From NCBI RefSeq assembly GCF_039541115.1, contig NZ_BAABFP010000005.1, positions 558,001 through 622,000 of the forward strand: a stretch of 64,000 nucleotides of DNA, in the 5' to 3' direction. Below are positions 18,947 through 26,760 of this stretch, in pieces. Position 1 is the first letter of the stretch. Each line of letters opens with the position of its first letter. Under the pieces are notes generated by a model. The model saw nothing but the letters and a program-made list of their open reading frames with translations. It had not been told where the DNA came from and did no database searches. The stretch is from Angustibacter luteus. GTDB lineage: Bacteria > Actinomycetota > Actinomycetes > Actinomycetales > Angustibacteraceae. The position numbers were made by a program, and so were the translations under genes.

Positions 18947-20217
18947 AGCAGGGCCAGCCACTCGGCGGCCTGCGGCTGGTCCGGATGGCCCGCGAGGCCC
19001 CGGCGCAGGGCGGCGTTGCGGTCGATCCGGGGTGCGTGCAGCTCGGGGTAGGCGGAGTACCAGACCACCGTGGGCACCTGGTGACGGCGCAGGTAGCGCT
19101 TGAAGGCTGTCTCGTCGCGGGCGCCGCCGAACAGCAGCCAGCGGGTGGACGGGTAGCCGACACCGTTGCTGAACACCAGGTTCAACCCCCACGCCAGGCG
19201 GTCGATGAAGTCGTTCATGTAGCTCTCCTGGCTGCCGTCATAGCTGCTGGCGAAGACCAGCCGGCGCCCGCCGTCCAACGGCACCCACCGGGCGAAGTGC
19301 AACGACGTCACCCCGGCCAGCGTGTGGCTGTTGAACACCAGCCGGTTTCCCAGGTCGAGGCCGAGGAGAGCGACCCGCATCGTCGTGGCCCGGACGAATC
19401 CCGGTTTGACGAAACCCACTGCGGTGAACGGGTTCTGGGTGGCCCAGTCCTCGTACTGCTCCACGTCGTGGACGTGGTCGAGGTCCACCGGTCCGGTCTC
19501 CGGAACGTCCCGCAGCTCGTGCACCCGGAGCAGGAGCAGGAAGACCACCAGCACCACGACGAGCAACGGCAGCAGGACGAGGGCGACGAGTCCCAGGGCC
19601 ACGAGCACGACGAGCGAACGCAGCTTGGAGGGCGAACCCGCCCGCGAGGCGGGGTGGCGCGCCCACCCGAGGTCGGCCCGGTCCGTGACGGCGTCGCGCA
19701 GCCGGGCGTGCAGGGAACGGGCGTCAGCACCAGCACGGACGTTCGCCGGCAACCCGTCCACCTCGTCGGCCAGGGCCGCGCTCAGCGCCGCCTCGTCGAG
19801 GACCTGTCGCAGGGTCCGCCCGATCGTGTGCACGTACACGGCGGCCGGGCGCAGGCTGTGCTCGGTCAGCCAGGCCACGCGTCCCTGCACCGAGGGGTGG
19901 GCCGGGTATCCGAGGCACCGCCCGAACAGCGCGTCCAGGCCCGGTCCGGCCACGGTCGCCAGCTCCAGCAGGTGGGCGGGCTCGTCGGTGTCGACGTCGC
20001 ACATGTAGACCAGCGACGGCGCGATGGTGCGACCCTCCAGGTCCTCGACCTCCTCCAGCACGAAGACCCGGGCGAAGTGCACGCCGTACAGGGACCCGAA
20101 GGGCAGCATCGAGTCGCCGCCACCGGCGGCGCGGATCTCGCGCAGCAGCGCGATCGTGTCCCCGACGGCGCCGTCGGCGAGGGTCGCCCGCACCGTGACG
20201 GCCGTCTGCCTCGTCAC
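18943..20217 (-). CDS. Uncharacterised membrane protein with two internally repeated HFAR domains
   Basis: GVHFAR...GLDALFGRCLGYP and SLHFAR...GLNLVFSNGVGYP flank a hydrophobic segment. Confidence 0.8.
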   Translation of the reverse strand: MTRQTAVTVRATLADGAVGDTIALLREIRAAGGGDSMLPFGSLYGVHFARVFVLEEVEDLEGRTIAPSLVYMCDVDTDEPAHLLELATVAGPGLDALFGRCLGYPAHPSVQGRVAWLTEHSLRPAAVYVHTIGRTLRQVLDEAALSAALADEVDGLPANVRAGADARSLHARLRDAVTDRADLGWARHPASRAGSPSKLRSLVVLVALGLVALVLLPLLVVVLVVFLLLLRVHELRDVPETGPVDLDHVHDVEQYEDWATQNPFTAVGFVKPGFVRATTMRVALLGLDLGNRLVFNSHTLAGVTSLHFARWVPLDGGRRLVFASSYDGSQESYMNDFIDRLAWGLNLVFSNGVGYPSTRWLLFGGARDETAFKRYLRRHQVPTVVWYSAYPELHAPRIDRNAALRRGLAGHPDQPQAAEWLALL

Positions 20218-20221
20218 GCGG

Positions 20222-20707
20222 TCAGCTCTCGCCGACCGGACTGCGCAACGTGAACCAGCCGACCCGCTTGCGCCACATCCACACCACGCCGAGATAGAGG
20301 CCCGGTGCGACCAGCCGGATCTCGTCGCGCACCATCCGGGCCACCTCGGACGTTCGCGAGTAGTCCAGGACCACGCAGTCGCGGTCGTCGACCCAGCTCG
20401 GGACGACGTCCAGCTGGGCCGGGATCAGCCGCAGCCGCAGGGGGCTGACCTTGTTCTTGAGCAGGCGGTGCTCGTGGCTGACGACCTTGCCCTGCCAGGC
20501 GACCACGTAGATGGCGGCGGCGAGCGGTTTGGCGACCGCAGTGCCCGGGAACATCAGCACGGTGCCGCGCATGTTGCCGCTCGGGACGTCGCCGGAGGGG
20601 CTGACCCGGAACAGCGCGTCGAGCTCGCGGTTGGTCATGGCGAGCAGCCGGGGCTCGTCGACCAGCAGACCGACGGGCGCAGGCTCTCCGGAGGGTTCAG
20701 CGGTCAT
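20222..20707 (-). CDS. Uncharacterised protein (161 aa), possibly a GXWXG/DUF4334-like beta-barrel
   Basis: ELDALF..., WQGK, VLDY, VRDEIRLVAPGLYLG, WFTL; GAGGAG RBS. Confidence 0.7.
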   Translation of the reverse strand: MTAEPSGEPAPVGLLVDEPRLLAMTNRELDALFRVSPSGDVPSGNMRGTVLMFPGTAVAKPLAAAIYVVAWQGKVVSHEHRLLKNKVSPLRLRLIPAQLDVVPSWVDDRDCVVLDYSRTSEVARMVRDEIRLVAPGLYLGVVWMWRKRVGWFTLRSPVGES

Positions 20708-20868
20708 CGACGCGCTCCTCTCGTCGACCGACCGGACGACGTCCGGCCGGACGATTCCACGATCCTCTGCCCTTGATCGTCTTGTAAAGGAGATGCCCGT
20801 TGACACTGCTGGCCGCGCGCTGCGACTGTGGCCATGCCGTCAGGCCGCCTGCGAAAGGGGCGCAGCCC

Positions 20869-21231
20869 ATGGATCCGAGCCTGGCCCGGAAGCTGCTCGC
20901 GGCCGTGCGCCTGGTCAACGGGGTGCTCGGCCTGCTGGCCCCGTCTTTCCTGCTGCGCCGTCTGGGGACGGACCCGGCGGTCGACCGCTCCGGCTACTAC
21001 CCGTTCCGGATGTTCGGCGTCCGCACCATCGTGATCGGGGCCGACCTCCTGCTGCTGCAGGGTGAGCAGCGCCGGCGCGCCGTCCGCCTCGCCGTCCTGA
21101 TCCACGCGTCGGACACGGTGTCCGCCGCCACGGCCGGGCTGCGCGGCGACCTCCCCCGCAAGCCCGCCGTCATCACCACGGCGATCTCCGCCACCAACAC
21201 CGCGCTCGCGATCATCGCCACCCGGGAGTAG
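20869..21231 (+). CDS. Small membrane protein (120 aa, DUF4267-like)
   Basis: Several hydrophobic segments, RMFGVRTIVIG; stop 4 nt before the dioxygenase ATG. Confidence 0.7.
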   Translation: MDPSLARKLLAAVRLVNGVLGLLAPSFLLRRLGTDPAVDRSGYYPFRMFGVRTIVIGADLLLLQGEQRRRAVRLAVLIHASDTVSAATAGLRGDLPRKPAVITTAISATNTALAIIATRE

Positions 21232-21235
21232 CGCC

Positions 21236-23059
21236 ATGGCACGAACGTCTCCGTACCGCTCCGGCCTGGTCTGGACGGTGTACGACCGGATCTGCGAACG
21301 GATCGACCGCCGGGTCGGCTGGGACAAGCTCCCCCGCCCGCTGGCGCTGCTGCTCCTCATCGGCATCCGCAACAACCTGCGCCGCGAGAACCTCTTCGAC
21401 ACGAACGTCGCGCCCGCCACGAACCTGCCGCCGCTCTCGGAGCCGTCCGCGCAGACCCGGTCCCAGCGCACGCCCGATGGCACCTACAACGACCTCGAGA
21501 CCCCACGCATGGGCATGGCGGGAGCCCGGTTCGGCCGCAACGTCCCGCTCGCCGCAGGGGCAGCCGAGACCGGCGACCGGCTGATGACCCCCAACCCGCG
21601 GGTGGTCAGCCGCCGGCTGATGACCCGGACGACCTTCCAGCCGGCGACGACCGTGAACGTCCTGGCGGCCACCTGGATCCAGTTCATGGTCAAGGACTGG
21701 TTCTCGCACGGCGCCGGCGACGCGACCCGGCCGTTCGACGTGCCGTTGCCCGACGGCGATCCCTGGCCGACTCCGCCCATGCTGGTCCCGCGGACGCTGG
21801 CGGACCCCACCCGCAGCGGTCAGGAGGACGGGTACCCGCCCACCTTCACGAACATCAACACGGCCTGGTGGGACGGCTCCTCCATCTACGGGAGCAGCAC
21901 CGACCAGCAGCGGGTCATCCGCTCCGGCGTCGACGGCAAGCTGAACGTGTCCGCCGACGGCATGCTGATCCTGCCCGACGACCCGAGCCTGAACCCCACG
22001 CTGGTCCCCGGGTTCTGGACCGGACTGGCGATGATGGGCGGCCTGTTCACGCTGGAGCACAACGCGGTCTGCGACCACCTGAAGGCGGCCAACCCGACCT
22101 GGTCGGACGAGGAGCTCTTCCAGCGCGCCCGCCTGGTGGTCTGCGCGCTCATCGCCAAGATCCACACGGTCGAGTGGACACCCGCCATCATCAGCCACCC
22201 GACCACGGTGACCGCCCTGCGCGCGAACTGGTTCGGGCTGGTCGGCGAGCGCTTCACCCGAACCTTCGGCCGCATCAGCGGCAGCGAGATCCTCAGCGGG
22301 ATCCCGGGCTCGGAGACCGACCACTACGGCGTGCCCTACTCCCTCACCGAGGAGTTCTCGATCGTCTACCGGATGCACCCGCTGATCCCGGACGACTACG
22401 CGGTGCGGTCCGCGGTCGACGACGCGCACATCGCCGACTACACGTTCCGGGACCTGGCCGGGCCGGCCGGCGGTCAGGTCCTGCAGGACGTCGCCATGGC
22501 CGACCTGCTGTACAGCTTCGGTACGGCCAACCCCGGCGCCATCGTGCTGAACAACTTCCCCCGCTTCCTCCAGGAGTTCGAGCGCCCGGACGGCAAGCTG
22601 GCCGACCTGGCGGCCACCGACATCCTGCGCACCCGCGAGCTGGGCGTCCCGCGCTACAACGAGTTCCGGCGGCTGCTGCACCTCGACCCGGCGACCAGCT
22701 TCGCCGACCTCACCGGCGGGGACCACGGGCTGGCCGCCACGCTGGACGACGTCTACGGCGGCGACCTCGAGGCCGTGGACACGATCGTCGGCATGTTCGC
22801 CGAGCAGCGCCCGACCGGCTTCGCGTTCAGCGACACGGCGTTCCGGATCTTCATCCTGATGGCGTCGCGGCGGCTGAACAGCGACCGGTTCCTCAGCTCC
22901 GACTTCACTCCCGAGGTCTACAGCCCGGCCGGGTTCGCCTGGGTGCGGGACAACGGGTTCACGTCCGTCCTGCTGCGCCACTACCCCCAGCTGCGGCCGT
23001 GCCTGCACGGCGTCAAGAACCCGTTCGCCCCCTGGGTGAGCAGTAGCGGGCCGGCCTGA
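21236..23059 (+). CDS. Fatty-acid alpha-dioxygenase-like heme enzyme (peroxidase-cyclooxygenase superfamily)
   Basis: RTPDGTYNDL, FGRN, WIQFMVKDW, WWDGSSIYG, AKIHTVEWT, EEFSIVYRMHPL, RELGVPRYNEFRR, MASRRL.SDRF. Confidence 0.9.
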   Translation: MARTSPYRSGLVWTVYDRICERIDRRVGWDKLPRPLALLLLIGIRNNLRRENLFDTNVAPATNLPPLSEPSAQTRSQRTPDGTYNDLETPRMGMAGARFGRNVPLAAGAAETGDRLMTPNPRVVSRRLMTRTTFQPATTVNVLAATWIQFMVKDWFSHGAGDATRPFDVPLPDGDPWPTPPMLVPRTLADPTRSGQEDGYPPTFTNINTAWWDGSSIYGSSTDQQRVIRSGVDGKLNVSADGMLILPDDPSLNPTLVPGFWTGLAMMGGLFTLEHNAVCDHLKAANPTWSDEELFQRARLVVCALIAKIHTVEWTPAIISHPTTVTALRANWFGLVGERFTRTFGRISGSEILSGIPGSETDHYGVPYSLTEEFSIVYRMHPLIPDDYAVRSAVDDAHIADYTFRDLAGPAGGQVLQDVAMADLLYSFGTANPGAIVLNNFPRFLQEFERPDGKLADLAATDILRTRELGVPRYNEFRRLLHLDPATSFADLTGGDHGLAATLDDVYGGDLEAVDTIVGMFAEQRPTGFAFSDTAFRIFILMASRRLNSDRFLSSDFTPEVYSPAGFAWVRDNGFTSVLLRHYPQLRPCLHGVKNPFAPWVSSSGPA

Positions 23060-23068
23060 CCCTCGCGG

Positions 23069-23308
23069 TCAGGCAGCGCCGACCAGCGCGGCGAGCTCCT
23101 CGCGGGCGTAGCGCCGGACCAGCAGTGGCACGAACGCCTGCACCTTGGCGTCGGCGAACCGGCTGGCCACCTGGTCCAGGCACTCGTCGACCTGGTGCGG
23201 GTCGACGCGCGCGTCGAACTCCTCGTGCAGCATCCGGCTGATCCCGACGAGCTCGTCGCGCGGGGTCTCGACGACGAGCGGGGCGCTGGCAACCGTGGCG
23301 ATGCTCAT
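23069..23308 (-). CDS. Small three-helix-bundle (DUF3562-like) protein
   Basis: RFADAKVQAFVPLLVRRYAREEL motif; CACGCT 6 nt before ATG. Confidence 0.7.
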   Translation of the reverse strand: MSIATVASAPLVVETPRDELVGISRMLHEEFDARVDPHQVDECLDQVASRFADAKVQAFVPLLVRRYAREELAALVGAA

Positions 23309-23430
23309 GAGCAGAGCGTGGGGCGCGAAGGTGAACGGCAGGTGAACACGACACGACTTCCGGGCGCTGATCCTGAGCCCGCGACGGGCGGGTGCCGGCG
23401 GCAGACGGCAGAATCGCCCCGGGAGGTCAC

Positions 23431-24948
23431 GTGGACCAGTCGGTAGGACTCCGCACCGGGACGGCCCGTGGTCGGTGGGTCCTGCTGGCCACGGTCCTGG
23501 GCAGCGGGATCGCGTCCCTGGATGCGACGGTGGTGAACATCGCGCTCCCCACCATCGGGCGCGACCTCGGCGCGACCCTGGCCGGCCTGCAGTGGACGCT
23601 GAACGGCTACACGCTGACGCTGGCCGCGTTCATCCTGCTCGGCGGCTCGCTCGGCGACGTCTGGGGTCGTCGGCGGATCTTCCAGATCGGCACCCTGGCC
23701 TTCGCCGCCACGTCGCTGCTGTGCGCGCTGGCCCCGACGATCGAGGTGCTGGTCGGCGCCCGGATCCTGCAGGGCGTCGCCGGCGCGCTGCTCACTCCGG
23801 GGTCGCTCGCCATCATCGCCGCGTCCTTCTGCGCGCGGGACCGGGCCGCCGCGATCGGCGCCTGGTCGGGCTTCAGCGGAGTGACGGCCGCGGCCGGGCC
23901 GTTCGTCGGCGGCTACCTGATCCAGCACCTGTCCTGGCGCTGGATCTTCCTGATCAACCTGCCGCTCGCGCTCCTGGTGGTGGTGATCGCCCAGCGGCAC
24001 GTACCGGAGAGCCGGGATGTCGATGCACCGCGCCGCACGGACGTCGCCGGGGCACTGACCTGCGTGCTGACCCTCGCCCTGCTCACGTTCGGACTGATCC
24101 GCTGGGGCGCGGACGGGATGAGCCCGCTGGTGGCGTCGTCCCTGGTGACTGCGGTGGCCGCCGGCATCGGCTTCGTCGTCGTCGAGCGCCGCAGCTCGCA
24201 CCCGATGATCCCGCTCGACATCTTCCGGTCCACCCGGTTCACCGCCGCGAACCTGGTCACGTTCCTGATGTACGCCGCCCTCGCCGGGGTCTTCTTCCTC
24301 CTGTCCCTGCAGCTGCAGATCGTCTCCGGCTTCTCTCCCATCGCCGCCGGGGCAGCTCTCCTGCCCGTGACGGCACTCATGCTGCTCGGGTCTGCCCGGG
24401 TGGGACGGCTGGCCCAGCGTTTCGGGCCGCGACCGTTCATGACGGTCGGCCCACTGGTCTGCGCCGTCGCCATGCTGCTGCTGCGCCAGGTCGGTGTCGG
24501 GGCGAGCTACTGGTTCGACGTGCTGCCGGCCATCGCCGTCTTCGGGGTGGGGCTGACGCTCACGGTGTCCCCGCTGACCACGGCGGTCCTCACCTCCGCC
24601 CCACAGCGGCACTCGGGTGTCGCCTCCGGGGTCAACAACGCGGTCGCCCGCACTGCCGGCCTGCTCGCCGTGGCGGTGCTGCCGCTGGCCGCCGGGATCG
24701 GCGAGAGCAGCTACCTGGTGCCCGCGCAGTTCGACGCCGGCTACCAGCGAGCGCTGATCGGGTGCGCGGTCCTGCTCGCCACCGCAGGGGTGCTGTCGGC
24801 GCTGCTCATCGGCAGCCGGGGACTGACCCCGGAGCACGAGCCGACGGCCAGCGAGCCGCCGGACCGACCGGCCGAGCGCTACCACTGCGGGGTGGACGCT
24901 CCCGCGCTGGGACGACCGGCATCCCTCACCGACCCTGCAGCTCACTGA
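23431..24948 (+). CDS. DHA2-type MFS efflux transporter
   Basis: LDATVVNIALP, GSLGDVWGRRR, WRWIFLINLP; GGGAGG RBS before GTG 23431. Confidence 0.92.
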   Translation: MDQSVGLRTGTARGRWVLLATVLGSGIASLDATVVNIALPTIGRDLGATLAGLQWTLNGYTLTLAAFILLGGSLGDVWGRRRIFQIGTLAFAATSLLCALAPTIEVLVGARILQGVAGALLTPGSLAIIAASFCARDRAAAIGAWSGFSGVTAAAGPFVGGYLIQHLSWRWIFLINLPLALLVVVIAQRHVPESRDVDAPRRTDVAGALTCVLTLALLTFGLIRWGADGMSPLVASSLVTAVAAGIGFVVVERRSSHPMIPLDIFRSTRFTAANLVTFLMYAALAGVFFLLSLQLQIVSGFSPIAAGAALLPVTALMLLGSARVGRLAQRFGPRPFMTVGPLVCAVAMLLLRQVGVGASYWFDVLPAIAVFGVGLTLTVSPLTTAVLTSAPQRHSGVASGVNNAVARTAGLLAVAVLPLAAGIGESSYLVPAQFDAGYQRALIGCAVLLATAGVLSALLIGSRGLTPEHEPTASEPPDRPAERYHCGVDAPALGRPASLTDPAAH

Positions 24949-25474
24949 GCGTCAGGACGACGTCCGCCTGCGACCGGGGGTCGCACGCCGCGAGGTAGAG
25001 CCGCTGGCCGCCCACGTAGCGTGCGTTGGCCGGGTGCTCCGGGTCCGGGTCGCACCCGTCCCGGACCGCCATCCGGCGGAAGGTCTCAGCGAACGGGACG
25101 TCCAGGAACACCGACAGGTGCCACAGGTCAGCGAGCTCGGCGCGGTGCAGGAACAGGCCGTCCAGCACCAGGGCCCCGCGCGTCGGCTCGAGCGCCGTGC
25201 GGCGCAGGGAGTCCAGGTCGTAGGAGTCGCGGAAGAAGCCCTGGGGCGAGTGCCGGCCCAGGCGATAGCGGACCTCGGGCGGGTTGAGGAAGTTGTCGGC
25301 GCGGACCCGTGTGACGTCGTGCCCGCGCCGGGCCAGCTCGACCTCGAGCGCGTCCCCGAGCGTGGTCTTGCCGGACCCGTCCACCCCGTCGATGCCGACC
25401 CGCACGCCATCGGGCCGACCCTGCGCAACGAGGTCGGCGACCCGTCGGACAACTCGCTGGAGACCCACCGGCAC
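24926..25474 (-). CDS. Uridine-kinase-like P-loop protein (short)
   Basis: GIDGVDGSGKTT, DNF, LDGLFL, RYVGGQRLY. Confidence 0.8.
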   Translation of the reverse strand: MPVGLQRVVRRVADLVAQGRPDGVRVGIDGVDGSGKTTLGDALEVELARRGHDVTRVRADNFLNPPEVRYRLGRHSPQGFFRDSYDLDSLRRTALEPTRGALVLDGLFLHRAELADLWHLSVFLDVPFAETFRRMAVRDGCDPDPEHPANARYVGGQRLYLAACDPRSQADVVLTLSELQGR

Positions 25475-25494
25475 AGCCTGCCACGATGGGCGCC

Positions 25495-25887
25495 ATGACC
25501 GTTCACGTGCACAGCATCACGTTCGACTGCCACCGCTGGGAGCCCCTGGTCGAGTTCTGGGCCGCGGTCTCGGACTTCGCCGAGGACCCGCAGAACCCGA
25601 ACAACGACGGTGACCCGATGGGGGCCCTGCGGTCGCCGTCCGGGCTGCAGCTGCTCTTCATCCCGGTCCCGGAGGGCAAGCAGGTGAAGAACCGGGTGCA
25701 CCTCGATGTGGTCCCGGTCGACCAGACCCGCGACGAGCAGGTAGCGGCCGTCCTCGAGCTGGGAGCGACGCAGGTCGCGGACCACCGCCGCCCGGACGGA
25801 TCGGGTTGGGTCGTCCTGGCCGACCCCGAGGGCAACGAGTTCTGCATCGAGCGCAGCCAGGCCGAGCGGGACGCCGCTGCGACGTAG
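25495..25887 (+). CDS. VOC/glyoxalase family protein
   Basis: ITFDC, KNRVHLD, WVVLADPEGNEFC. Confidence 0.9.
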   Translation: MTVHVHSITFDCHRWEPLVEFWAAVSDFAEDPQNPNNDGDPMGALRSPSGLQLLFIPVPEGKQVKNRVHLDVVPVDQTRDEQVAAVLELGATQVADHRRPDGSGWVVLADPEGNEFCIERSQAERDAAAT

Positions 25888-25896
25888 GCTGGTCGG

Positions 25897-26760
25897 GTGG
25901 ACCAGCTGGCAGCGGCACTCGACGTCCTGGACGGGCGCCGGGTCGTCGCGCTCACGGGGGCCGGGCTCTCGACCGACTCCGGCATCCCTGACTACCGGGG
26001 GCCGACAGCGGTCCCGCGGCAGCCGATGACCCACCAGGAGTTCGTGTCCGGGCCGGCGGCCCAGCGGCGGTACTGGGCCCGCAGCCACGTCGGCTGGGGT
26101 CGGATGCGGCGGGCGGAGCCGAACCCGGGCCACCTCGCGCTGGCCCGGCTCGAGCACGCGGGTGCCGTGTCGGCGTTGATCACGCAGAACGTGGACGGGC
26201 TGCACGGCGTCGCGGGCAGCCGGGACGTCGTGGACCTGCACGGCCGGATCGACGAGGTGGTGTGCCTGCGCTGCGACGAGATCACCTCGCGCGCCGCGCT
26301 GCACGAGCGGCTGACCGAGCTCAACCCGGACTTCGGGGACGGCGCGTACGCTCGCACGGCACCGGACGGCGACGCCGAGGTGCAGGACGTCGAGCACTTC
26401 CGGCTCGCCCCCTGCCTGGTCTGTCGCGGGGCGCTGATGCCGCACGTGGTGTTCTTCGGAGCCAACGTGCCCAAACCGCGGGTGGAGCGCTGCTACGCGC
26501 TGGTCGAGTCCGCGCAGGCGCTCCTGGTCGCGGGGACGTCGCTGGCCGTGCAGTCCGGGCTGCGGTTCGTCCGGCGTGCCGCCCGGGACGGGGTTCCCGT
26601 CGTCCTGGTCAACCAGGGACCGACCCGCGGTGACGACCTCGTGACGGTGAAGGTGGAGGCCGGGTGCTCCCCCACGCTCAGCGCCCTGGCCGACGTCCTC
26701 GCCGGGCGCGCAGGTAGTCCTGCACCACGTACTGACCCAGGTCGTGCGCTGACGGTGTGA
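25897..26760 (+). CDS. Sir2-family NAD-dependent deacylase (SIRT4-like)
   Basis: GAGLSTDSGIPDYRG, ITQNVDGLH, LHG, two CxxC, GTSLAV. Confidence 0.92.
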   Translation: MDQLAAALDVLDGRRVVALTGAGLSTDSGIPDYRGPTAVPRQPMTHQEFVSGPAAQRRYWARSHVGWGRMRRAEPNPGHLALARLEHAGAVSALITQNVDGLHGVAGSRDVVDLHGRIDEVVCLRCDEITSRAALHERLTELNPDFGDGAYARTAPDGDAEVQDVEHFRLAPCLVCRGALMPHVVFFGANVPKPRVERCYALVESAQALLVAGTSLAVQSGLRFVRRAARDGVPVVLVNQGPTRGDDLVTVKVEAGCSPTLSALADVLAGRAGSPAPRTDPGRALTV

